From assembly GCA_965153285.1 (NCBI GenBank), contig OZ229120.1: DNA of 64,000 nt. One strand, given 5' to 3'. Origin of the DNA: Podarcis tiliguerta. Lineage: Eukaryota. Within the stretch, counting starts at the first letter, position 1, and every line of letters begins with the position of its first letter. The notes beneath the pieces were generated by a model. It had not been told where the DNA came from. It did not search any database and saw only the letters and a program-made list of their open reading frames with translations. This document shows positions 23,451 through 35,351 of the stretch, one piece after another. The position numbers were made by a program, and so were the translations under genes.

Positions 23451-24092
23451 CACAGTGCCTACTTCTACTCAATAGTATGGTTGCTAGGTTCTGCATTAGG
23501 TGGTTTCTGAACCATCTTCAAAGGAAGCCCAATGTTCAACTCACAAGCAACTGGCCATTGCCTAAATCTGCTTCTCAGTCTACCCATGCAAACGCTGGGA
23601 GATTTTCTGTGTGAGGGGCAGGACACACTATTTTTTAATTGTTTTTCTGCCCATGCTATACCACTGGTTGTAGTAGGACATTGCCTTACAGAAGCTCCTG
23701 CCAAGTAAGCTAGAGGGCTAGACAGGCAAGGCGCTGACACATACATGCCCTGGAAGATCAGAATAAGCATTACCCCAAAGGTCAGGAAGATGTGCCCTGT
23801 CAGATAGGTAATAAACAAGTAATATTTTTGCACTAGAAACGGAACATGCTTCTTTGTAAGACTGCTATGGTGCTTAACCGGTTTTTGTAATTCTAAAGTA
23901 AATGAAGAAAACAGCCTACTCAAGGTTTATTTTAAACCACATTTCACTTAACCATGAATATTACGCAGCTTTTTTAAAAAAATAATGTATCAACTTTAGC
24001 CGGGAACAGTACATGGTACTGCAGATGGTCTAAATTTTACATTAGGAAAATGCATTGAAAAAAGTACATAAGCAGTCTTGAGGCTGCTTTTA

Positions 24093-24701
24093 NNNNNNNN
24101 NNNNNNNNNNNNNNNNNNNNNNNNNNNNNNNNNNNNNNNNNNNNNNNNNNNNNNNNNNNNNNNNNNNNNNNNNNNNNNNNNNNNNNNNNNNNNNNNNNNN
24201 NNNNNNNNNNNNNNNNNNNNNNNNNNNNNNNNNNNNNNNNNNNNNNNNNNNNNNNNNNNNNNNNNNNNNNNNNNNNNNNNNNNNNNNNNNNNNNNNNNNN
24301 NNNNNNNNNNNNNNNNNNNNNNNNNNNNNNNNNNNNNNNNNNNNNNNNNNNNNNNNNNNNNNNNNNNNNNNNNNNNNNNNNNNNNNNNNNNNNNNNNNNN
24401 NNNNNNNNNNNNNNNNNNNNNNNNNNNNNNNNNNNNNNNNNNNNNNNNNNNNNNNNNNNNNNNNNNNNNNNNNNNNNNNNNNNNNNNNNNNNNNNNNNNN
24501 NNNNNNNNNNNNNNNNNNNATTCAATCTGCCTTACCANNNNNNNNNNNNNNNNNNNNNNNNNNNNNNNNNNNNNNNNNNNNNNNNNNNNNNNNNNNNNNN
24601 NNNNNNNNNNNNNNNNNNNNNNNNNNNNNNNNNNNNNNNNNNNNNNNNNNNNNNNNNNNNNNNNNNNNNNNNNNNNNNNNNNNNNNNNNNNNNNNNNNNN
24701 N
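24093..24701. other. Two N-runs (24093-24519, 427 bp; 24538-24701, 164 bp) separated by an 18-bp island
   Basis: Read directly. Confidence 0.98.
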
Positions 24702-26049
24702 AGAAAAAAAAGGTGCTCTAATTAAGGGGCATCAAATATGATTGCTTGTGGTAGTTAAGGGCCAGAAAATTGTGAATGTCTGACCATTTAAAGAATTAGC
24801 ACCTTGCTTGTTGGGAGGACAGAAAATGTTGCAAACATAAATCTTGATAAAATCAAGTAAACAATTTGAGAGATTCTTTTTATTTTTTAAAAGACATGGC
24901 TTTTCCGAATTAAACTCTATTGGGTATACTTAAAGTTGCCAGTTTAACTTTACTAAAATTGTAGTCTTTGGGGGGAAATCTAGAAGAGGAAATTTTTGGA
25001 AACCTATTAATATCCAAAAGCTGAACTAAAGCAGAATGAGCTTGACATTTTAAATTACTATAGTACTTTTATGAAATGTTTATCTTTCAGAAATATGAGG
25101 TGAAGTCTAATGCTGTCCACGTGTGAGTGAAGCAGATTTCCACCTGTGCAATGAAGAAGAGTTTGGACTTGGACTTGATATCCTGCCTTTCACTCCCCTT
25201 AAGGAGTCTCAAAGCGGTTAGCAATCTCCTTTCCTTTCTTCCCAATGACACTTCCCTTTCCCCTCCTTCTTCCTGCAGCCACCTATATGCCCCCAAACTC
25301 TGCTTTGGAGAATCTCTGCAACAGATTTTGGGAATGTATAGAAGTTGGTTTCTGCTACAATGGGTTCATCCACTCCTCTCAGTTAATGTTCTGCCATTAC
25401 TTTAAAGAAAAACAAAATAGTAAGCAGCATTACTGTTAAAATGTCATCAATATGTATTGCTCGATATTTAAGCCTGGGGGGAAATAAGGGAAATGTGTGC
25501 GAAAATATCAGTTTGGTACACTGAGCTGAAACAGAAAAATCAAATAACCCCAGTTGCTGTTCTGAACTATGCTAGGTGGTTTGGGAATGAATTACACCAA
25601 AAGTGGTTTTTCCAGTTCAGAATTGAGATCCTACTGAAACAGAATGGCAAGGCTTAGCATATCATGCACAGCATGCACATAAATGCAGCTTTCCATCTTT
25701 TAGCGCTGCTTAGAAAACTTCAACAAGTATGAATATGCAGCAGTTTGTTCCCCTGCTGCCTTTGCCCAGCTCTATTAGAAGAATGCAACAGCAAACATCA
25801 TAATGGAAATATATATTTTTCTTGGTACTGTAAAAATTCTATACCTTTTATCATTGATTTTCAGAAATTAATACATGCTTTTAGTTTCTAATATTTAGTT
25901 CCTAATATTTAAAAAGTGATTCTATTTCTACTTTTTAAAATCCTCATTCCCCCCCCCCCTTTTTTATAAAGTATTTCTAGATGTGAAGGTTTGCGGCATT
26001 TCACAAAGGAAAGAAAACTCTGGACGATAATAGTACTATTGAAGGAGAT

Positions 26050-26146
26050 TAAGGCTACAATCTTAACCCCCCTTACCTCAGAATAAGCCCCAATGAATTC
26101 AACAGGACTTACTTCTAAGTAGACCTGGTTAGGTTTATACTGCAAG
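26050..26146. repeat. Short palindromic squamate interspersed repeat; related copies near 14840-14915, 59445-59515 and 60535-60600
   Basis: tac..cagaataagccccaatgaattcaacaggacttacttc core. Confidence 0.55.
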
Positions 26147-28228
26147 TTTGACTGACATGGACAATTGCTCTTGGTAACTTTCCAAGCTGACCTGAATTTT
26201 ATGCTTGACTTTACTAGTGAAAATTAAGAGGAAATTCAGTTGGCTTAGATATTAAGTGAATATTTAGTAACTGTTAAATTTTTCCCTCAAAATACTCTGT
26301 AAACTGTTATTTAATCTTGTTTAGAAAATACATAAAGCTGAGAATTGAGACTTCTATTATCATGAATTTTCTAAAACGGCTGAAACATTTAACTAAGATG
26401 ATACTAAAGAAAAAGCCTTTTAAACCTACGGTAAATTTGCCAGCATCAGTCCTGCATCAAAGAATGAATTCAGGAAGACAGAAAGAGCAATACTGAAATG
26501 CCAAGANNNNNNNNNNNNNNNNNNNNNNNNNNNNNNNNNNNNNNNNNNNNNNNNNNNNNNNNNNNNNNNNNNNNNNNNNNNNNNNNNNNNNNNNNNNNNN
26601 NNNNNNNNNNNNNNNNNNNNNNNNNNNNNNNNNNNNNNNNNNNNNNNNNNNNNNNNNNNNNNNNNNNNNNNNNNNNNNNNNNNNNNNNNNNNNNNNNNNN
26701 NNNNNNNNNNTTCTTCTATGCACTCGTGGTTCTGAATGGCCAGTCAGGAGGGGGGAGCTCTCAGTCACAGCTAAGCATACAAAACTCAATCAAAATACAA
26801 GCAAGCAAGCATACAACAAGAATGAGAAAGGGAGAGACAGAGTGCAATATCCAGCTTTACTTAAAATTGCACTCCTAGATGACAGTTTAAGAGAAGGGGA
26901 GAAAAGTAGATCACAAAATATGACGAAGCCTCAAGTCACTCACTCACCTTGGTTTGCTGAGCACGTGCAAAGTAGGCTTTAGCCAGCAAAGAGTAAGAAC
27001 AGCAAATAGTTAGGAACTAGTTAAGGGAGAAAATAACTGACCTTATTTTTTTATCATAGTACACAACTACACAGAAAAAAGGAAATCAAATAGTTGTGAA
27101 GGCTATCATTATTTCTAGACGAAAGACACAGAGAAGAAGACCCACAAAACTGCTTATTAAACATTTATATTAAATATAGATCATATTCACGTGTTTTGGG
27201 CGGCTGTAATAAATACACAAGGATTTTTTAAACTTTCTAGAATAGTATGAAAGGACTGATTAATGCAAATTCCAATATGAGAATACACAATGGAATCTAA
27301 AGGTATCCCACCCACCCCAAACAGTTCAGAGACTGTCCAGGTGAGCTTATAAATAAACTGTTTGGCTTCTTTAAACACAATACCAAATAAAACCTTTTGC
27401 AAAAAGAATTTGTAGTACAGGAAAGTCCTTCATATATATTTGATGTGATGCCACACAAAAAAGCCTGCGAGTTATGAGACAGGCAGAACAACTCTGTTAT
27501 GCGTTTGTGCGTAAGTACAGAGTCTATGATGGAGCAACAGCAAAATCCAAAGCCCTGCTGGCTAGCTGTGGCCAGGGAGTGGGTGGGGGAACACCTAACA
27601 AACAGAGCCACATAACAACGCCAACAACAGAGCTAGTGCAGCTTTGTGGCCTCTGTGGATGTGCGGGGGGGGGGGAGGTTAGGATATGCACATTCCTTGT
27701 CTTCTCATATACAACTCATTTTGGCCCTCACTGCCCACCATTATCAAGGAGGGCACAGAGCTTTTTGGCCTTGCACTATGGAGACTTCTGTCAGTGGGTA
27801 AGACTTTCTGCTGCATCCTATGCAGCTCAGCCATACTCCTGGTGAACACAGAATTGCTCCATTCTACATTTTTAAAAGTGCGACAAAAAATGTGGGTGCC
27901 AACTAAGTAGCTAAGCCATGCTTCTTTTGAAACTGAAGAGATTAAGGCTAAATAATGCTGTAAGAAGTAGGTCGCACTAATGAATTTTAATGGAGTAGGG
28001 ACAAAGTATACTAGCTATATACAAGCAAAAGCTTTAGAAAGAGGACTGGAAATATAAAGAAAACTATTAAAATGTGTTGGAATTGTTTTTCTGAGTAGGT
28101 TACACCAGTATTCCAATCACTAGGACTAATATGAAATGTCCAAGCGCATAGGCAGCCATAGTTTGGTTAAATAGATATATTTATTGCTTCACACAACAAG
28201 GCGTCCTGAATTTTAAAAAAAGACACTA

Positions 28229-28457
28229 CAGTGGTACCTCTGGTTGCGAATGGGATCCATTCTGGAGGCCCATTCTCAACATGAAAAGAACACAACCCGC
28301 AGCGGCGCGTCTGCGCACGCGCAGATTGCAACTCGCCGCTTCGGCGCATGAGCGAGCGGCGAAACCCGGAAGTAACCCTTTCCGGTACTTCTGGGTCACC
28401 GCGGGACGTAACCTGAAAGAACGTAACACGAAGCAGACGTAACATGAGGTATGACTG
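28229..28457. mobile_element. Tc1/mariner (Tigger-like) MITE, CpG-rich family
   Basis: TA|CAGTGGTACCTC...GAGGTATGACTG|TA. Confidence 0.9.
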
Positions 28458-28459
28458 TA

Positions 28460-28594
28460 CAGTGGTGCCTCAGGTTACATACACTTCAGGTTACAGACTC
28501 CGCTAACCCAGAAATAGTGCTTCAGGTTAAGAACAGTTTCGGGATAAGAACGGACCTCCGGAATGAGTTAAGTACTTAACCTGAGGTACCACTG
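28460..28594. mobile_element. Tigger-like MITE (short version of the 4788 family) abutting the previous MITE
   Basis: CAGTGGTGCCTCAGGTTA...TAACCTGAGGTACCACTG|TA; shares the TA at 28458-28459. Confidence 0.9.
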
Positions 28595-28889
28595 TATACA
28601 GTACAATAGCCATTAAAACAGTACATGTATACTCAAAAGAATCACCTAGATAAGAAAAATACACACAAACTCACACAGTGGTTATGGCCTAATCAGGACT
28701 TAAAAAAAAAAAAAGTTTCAATCAGTTTTTTAGTACCAGTGCAATATGAAATGAGTGTTACTTAGGAGGGCAGTCAATGGAAATCTTAGGGTTAGACCAG
28801 AAAAAGATGTTCTCATTTAGAACAATATGATTTTACTGCATTTGCAAAAAGGTCCAGAACATCCATCTTATTTTAATTTTTCCCCTTAC

Positions 28890-28987
28890 CTCGTTCTCTC
28901 TTAAAGTCTTTTTCTGACATAGTAACTGGTAAAAGTAGTTCTCCGACAGGGGGTTGAATAGTAATACTGAACTGATCATCTTTTGTA
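28890..28987 (-). CDS. AP3B1: AP3B1 coding exon ([32 protein letters not shown])
   Basis: tttttcacAG acceptor, G|GTAAGG donor; 98 bp (phase 2 to 1); IQPPVGELL motif. Confidence 0.98.
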
Positions 28988-31900
28988 CTGTGAAAAAAAG
29001 AGAAAGGTAAATGAATGGTTTAGTAAGATAAAACACTTGTCTTATCAGTAAAGAAATAAGGAACAATTTATATAATGACCAGTCTTCACCCGTGCCAAAA
29101 AACCAGCCACCAAAATTTTAAATATTCAGCAGAATCCATACCTAGGATGTTCATTGTTTTCACCTCTGATTACGTCATTCCACAGCACACAGAATGGCTA
29201 CATCTATGTTCCAACTATGATAAAGTGGTAAAACTTCTATATCCCCAAATTACTGTGCCCCAGAACCAGTGCCTTTTTTCTAGTAGTACACAGTACCAGC
29301 ACCTTTTTTCTAGAAAAAAGCACTGGTGCTGGAGTGCTTTCCTCCGCCTTCCAGACCTCTGTGAGACATGGGGTAAGGCCTGAAGTTTAGAAGTGGCCAG
29401 GCAGGCCCTTCACCGGCGCCCTCCGGGCCCTGAGGTAAAGTGTGCGTGTAACAAAGCTCTCGTAACACGGTTGCTACCACCAGCGCTAGTTGCTTGGTAA
29501 CTGTGCACAACCACTTTAAGCCGCCAGAGAGCAGGATGGAGATGAAGGAACCCTTCCTACCCCACCCTCTGCTTGGCTCCCTGCACATTTTCACTGCCAC
29601 TGCCACTTTTACCACACCAAGCATCAATCTGTTTCTATGCCAAAAAAGGTAGGATTGCGTGTTCTTTTTGAAGGCCAAAAATCATATTGTTACCACCTTC
29701 ATACAGAGAAATATGCAGTGGTTTTGTAGATCTGAAATAAAGCATGGAAAACTTCAAGAAAATAAAGGGGTGGTATTGGTCATGTGTAAGGTGAACATCT
29801 TTCTAAGCGTGCTAAATAAGTGTTAGGTCCAATCTTCAAGTTAAGGATTCTCTCTTTACTATCTTTAATTAGATGTATTTCTTGGAAAGCTTTGCTTAAT
29901 AAAAATAGTGCTTACCAAGGAGTTCTTCCAGGAGCTTTTAATTCTTTATTAGAGTTTTGCATCATTTATATAAGGAACTATTTTAAAACTCCTAAATGTT
30001 TTATTACCAATTTTTACCTTTCCTTTATATAATTTGCTTTTACTGAATCACTTGCTCCAGTACATTACAAGAATAGCAAATTTTGCTATGCAAATCACAG
30101 TCAATGATTGGCATCTAAACCAATTGATCTACCCATTACCACTATCTGCCTTCCCACACAAGCCTTACTACAAAGCTATTGATTTAAACAGTGCCGATCG
30201 GTTTCCATTTTCTGATTTTGGGCAGGCTAATTAAGAAAGTGAGTAATTGTGATTACATTGCTTCAGGATCAATTACATTTGATGTAAGACAAAGTACTCC
30301 TTTTGGAACAATGTAAGGGAAATAATTATAATCAGAAATGGTTTATGGGGGTGAACCTTTTCATAACAATACAGCCAACACCACACATACTTTTGTTATT
30401 CTGCGGGCTTAACATATTTAAAACAAATAATATATAAAATGATTTTAATAGAATCAGTAAGCTTAGTTTACATGGGTAAACTATGTTCTATTAGAAAGTG
30501 TAAGAGTAAAAGGTAAACATTATTTTTGCAGGGGAACTGGTGTGGATTGTCATCTTTGACAATCATGCGGAGAATACAGGAAACTGGCATCGAAGGGCAG
30601 CACAATGCAATGGCTGCTAGAATGGATTTGGAATGAAGAGGTTTTTATTGAGAACTTGCACTTCATTCTTGGATGTCACAGGGCTAGAGCACTAGGCAAT
30701 GAAAGTATCTCAGAACCCTCTGTAGGAGTGTCAAGATTCAGCCCTGCCCCAAACTTGAACCTGAGGTCTCCTCAGAGGAGCAAGGGGAGCAGGACCCTCC
30801 ACTGGCTCTCCACACTATCAGTGACCATGAAGATATCTGTGGCCCAGGACTGAAGTCTCACACTCCAGCTGCCGGAGTTCCTGGCTAGCTCTTGGACCCA
30901 CCCACCCACCTTTCCTCAGGACCACAGCAGTAGAAGAGATGTGAGCCAGGCAGAAGCTTTAGAGCCACTGCAGAAATACCAAGTGAAAAGGAAGTGGATG
31001 GAAGCACCTCCTTGGACCAGGGCCGCCTGGCTCAGAACCAGGAGGGAACAAAGCCTGCAGTTTCTATATAAGCTCCCAGTCTGAAGCAACAGCTGTAATC
31101 TGAGCTCCAGCTTTTTGGGGGGAACTAGACAAAGTGGCAGTTGACCGGAAGAAACCTAGTGCCTTGCCCCTATAAGTTTTGGGTGTCACTGACTGTTGTT
31201 TGAGGATCACCTTACCAGCTGGATTCTGGCTGAGAGACTGAGGTGGGTTGGTGCTGTTGGAGGCTGTATTCCTAGAATTTTAAGGATACAGTCCCAACCT
31301 CCTTTGAGTCCTTTCACCTGCTTGTGACGAACTGGCCCCATTTGTACATCCCATTTAGAACGTATGGGAGAAAAATATGTGTTATTTGGTACTCCTTAAA
31401 ATATTCACTTAGCTAAAAGTTTAAAATCCAACCTCTTTCTAGCAACATAATTTTGCATTCATTTTAACTGTGTGTTTTAAAAAACCTTTAATTGAGCAGT
31501 AGAAAAGCAACTGTTTGGTTTCTTATTTCAACTCTAAACTTGGTGCTTAGCTTGAGCTGTGTCATTGGGTTCACATTGTCCAAATCATTAAAATGAATAC
31601 ACCACTGGTGTCTGAGGCAAATCTATTTACAGTGACGTTACTCATAGACCGATGTTGAGGAATATCGATCTTTCTTGTTTGTNNNNNNNNNNNNNNNNNN
31701 NNNNNNNNNNNNNNNNNNNNNNNNNNNNNNNNNNNNNNNNNNNNNNNNNNNNNNNNNNNNNNNNNNNNNNNNNNNNNNNNNNNNNNNNNNNNNNNNNNNN
31801 NNNNNNNNNNNNNNNNNNNNNNNNNNNNNNNNNNNNNNATCTCAAGCCTTCAGTGGCTTAAGTCTGGAACTGAACTATTAGTTTGCTGAGACGGGGGCGC

Positions 31901-34164
31901 TCAAAAGTGCACATACTTTATATAAAAAAAATGAACATTTTAAAAACATTATATGCAATATTCAATACAAGATCAACATACTATAATGCCAAATCATGCC
32001 AGTGTTTAAAGATGCTCAAAAGCAGATCATGAATACTGTTATTATATCACTCATAAAAATGCTGCAGATAATTTTAATACATTTTTGAATAATCTAAAAC
32101 ATGATAAAGAAACTACTGGATTAAAAAAAAAAATACCATAAAATTCCACATTCAAGGAAGTATGAAGCCAATATCACTTTGTGGAACAGAACAGTGAAAT
32201 CTACAGTATATGAACTTCTGCATGTTTATTTCCCAGATTTCCTTAGCTAGAATATATTTTTGCTCTCTGACTATGGTTTATTTGTTGAAGCACCAGCAAA
32301 TTAACCATTAACTAGCCTGCTGAAATTACAGTAAAGAACTGTTGATGATCTTATGGAAGGCTAAGCAGGGAATCACACCAGCAAAAAATCTAATGGTATA
32401 ATGAATGTTAAGCAAACACATATGACTCTAAGTCTACAAACTAATTGAGACTCATCCACTATCTTGTAGAGGGAGACCTGGTGTGTCTGGCTGCCTCCAG
32501 AACATGAGTGGCACTGCTGAATACAAAAGTAGGCCAGCTGAGATAGGTGGAAGGATGTCACAGGCCTACCAAATTGGTAAATCTGTGCCTGGACTGTACT
32601 ATTTCAGGCTTCAAATGGGAGACTCTTATAACTAAATGCTCTCTCCCCTACCACAAAACATAACTTCATTACATTATTTTCTGATCCACAATATTAGACA
32701 AACAATGGTTTAAGAATTTGTTTACCTTAGATTACTTTGGATTCACACTTTTAGGACTGGGGGCAGGGGAGAAAAGAAAGCAGCCCTTCTTTCACACACT
32801 TAAATATATAACTGAAGAACCAAATATACATATCGCAACACCTGGGAGTGGAAGGAGCCCAGATAGATTTCTGGGACCCTCCTGGTGCAACACATCCATT
32901 TGCTCTTCATAATTTCATAAGGGTCGTGTTAGCAGGGGCTGGGTTTCACTTTGGCCTGATTTGCATGTCACACTAAGTCAAACTATTGCTTGCTTCCTGG
33001 AGAGCAGCTCAAATCTGCACTGCTCCATGGTTTGGCTTAGCGAGCCATCCAAACTCTCCTCAACCACAATCTGTAACTGTAGGACAAACCTTGGTGAACA
33101 AGGGCAGGGTAAAGGGCAAGTCTTGCCTTCAATTAAATTATGCCCTCAAAGAGGACATTTCATCATTCATTCTTATGGGGAAAGAGTAACCCATTCACTG
33201 GTGCAAATGAATGTTAAAGGGGTACAACTCCGGGACATTATTGGGGAAAAGGCTAAACCTGTTCCCTGTTCCCAATGACCCTATGTTCTGGAGCAGGTTC
33301 CCCTCCCCGGCCAACTCCACATGTTGGAGCCTACCTACTTTCCTCCATGTGTGGACAGCTGGAGCTACTGAAGAATATGACAGAAAGTACACGGCTTAAA
33401 TGGACATTAAATTGAGGAGTAGTCATGGGAAACCTATTGCCAAAGCTTGTGATGCTGGTGTCAAGGAACAAGCTTTGTTTCTTTGTTACACATAAAATAA
33501 AGCTGCCTGTTCACCCACAGTACTCAGTGGAAACCCCCTCAGTACAAGAGATCCTTTTCTTGTTCACACTAGAAATGATACCAAAACACAGGCATGCAAA
33601 TGTTAAGTACTGAGCTTTCTAGAGGGGACTAAGCAGATACTTTTACATGTGACTAGTCTGATATAATGGAGGTGCTCGTTATTTTGTAAATCGTTTTCTG
33701 TGGTAAGCAGAAACACTTCCTGAACTTCTTTTGTCTAAAGGGGTGGGATGTCTGGGGTGGTGGGCTTTACAGTAACCATGGTACTTTAAGGTGACTGGCT
33801 GCAGATTTCAGCCCCTGGAGACTGACAAGCTAAGACACTGTTGCCAATCTAAATATACTAGCAGCAAGAAAACAATGTATTAATTAAATTGTGCATTATG
33901 TAGTTATTTGGAGAGCCATATCATCAGTATAATTATTTCATTTATTAAATTTCTATTGTGTTTCTATAAAAACACAAAAATAGAACTTTTCCATCTCTGT
34001 ATTAAGCATACTGATCAACCTTCAGAGGCTTAAATAAAACCCACCTTAGCATAATGCGTTAATATTCAAACAGCACAACAGGACAAAAAAATTGTATTTT
34101 CTTCCATTCATTTCCCCTACACATTAATGATCTATTTTTGAAAAGCCACTGCAGCGTAACTTAC

Positions 34165-34249
34165 CACAACTGGAAATTGGCAGCCTGGGTAGAATCACAA
34201 AAGTCAATCCCTACTGAGACTGTCATAGATTCCCCAGGTTCAAGAGATT
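34165..34249 (-). CDS. AP3B1: AP3B1 coding exon ([29 protein letters not shown])
   Basis: caatAG acceptor, TG|GTAAGT donor; 85 bp (phase 1 to 2); GIDFCDSTQ motif. Confidence 0.98.
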
Positions 34250-34806
34250 CTATTGAATAGAACATACAGCAAAATATTGAAAAAGTTAGATAAATCAGTG
34301 TAACAACAAGGCTTTTGAAAACTTGTATTAGGTTCTGCTTACTTTAACGTATTCCTTAAACATTTACTGACTTTGCAAAATTTTAGAACAAATATTTGCT
34401 TGGCTTTTGATCAAGTGTTAGTCATTGGAATGATGAAGAAAATAATTAGATAACAGGGACTGTTAACTGACCCTTTGGGGTTCTCTTCAGTGAGCTGCAT
34501 GTAGATACATATTTATCAGTGTCAGAAATGACACTGGAGATATTGAGATAACCTTGGTAAGCTGTTACTTGAAAATTCTCTGCTATAATAAGTTAAGAAC
34601 AAGAAATCTTATCAAACAATTATTCCAATTTACAGAAAATACCTGATTCAACTGTTGTAATGTATTTAACTTTGAGATTTAAGAACAATTTGCTTATTTG
34701 TCAGAGGAAGTTAAAAGGATCAGTGAAGAGAACACCTTTGTTCCATGAATTTACTAGAAAACTATAGCAGCCTTTATTTACAATGTCAGAATTGACATTG
34801 ACATTC

Positions 34807-34897
34807 CGGGGGGGGGAATAACCCCCCCCTTTATTTCCCCCCCAAAAATCTAGGTGCGTCCTATGGGCTGGTGCGTCCTATAGGGCGAAAAATACGG
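34807..34897. mobile_element. Terminal fragment of a Tc1/mariner (Tc2/pogo-like) non-autonomous element
   Basis: gtgcgtcctatagggcgaaaaatacgg|TA end, same as the element at 60163-60523. Confidence 0.8.
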
Positions 34898-35119
34898 TAT
34901 GTTTAAACTGAAAAACGAAAACCTCCCCTACCACCTATCTGCAAGTCATTAAAGAACTATGAACCATAGAAAACAGTTGACAGTTAAAAGATCTACCTGC
35001 TCCTGGAATCAAAGGTTCGAGGTTTGTCTGTTTTTTAATGCATCTAAGTCTTTAAAAGTTAAGATGCTACAGAGGCTAGAAAAATATATTGCATAGTTTC
35101 AAAATTATAGAACAATTAC

Positions 35120-35351
35120 CTATTGGGTTAAACACATGGACTTTCATGCCAGTAGGCAGCTTTTTTCCGCCTAAGTGGATATTTTCTATCTTCTGGTCAG
35201 TGGTGTTAGCCAACGTCACTTGGACAGATACCATCTGATCATTGTAAATGCATGGCTGTCTTGAGAAGTGATAATGAGCTGCTAATCCTTTCCCACTCAT
35301 TCGGTGCAGGAGTTCATGAGTTCTTGTTGGCACAAAGGCTGGAACACTGAC
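35120..35351 (-). CDS. AP3B1: AP3B1 coding exon, start of ear/appendage domain (VSVPAFVPTRTHELLHRMSGKGLAAHYHFSRQPCIYNDQMVSVQVTLANTTDQKIENIHLGGKKLPTGMKVHVFNPI)
   Basis: caatAG acceptor, G|GTAATT donor; 232 bp (phase 0 to 1); very similar to human LLHRMSGKGLAAHYFFPRQPCI. Confidence 0.98.
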
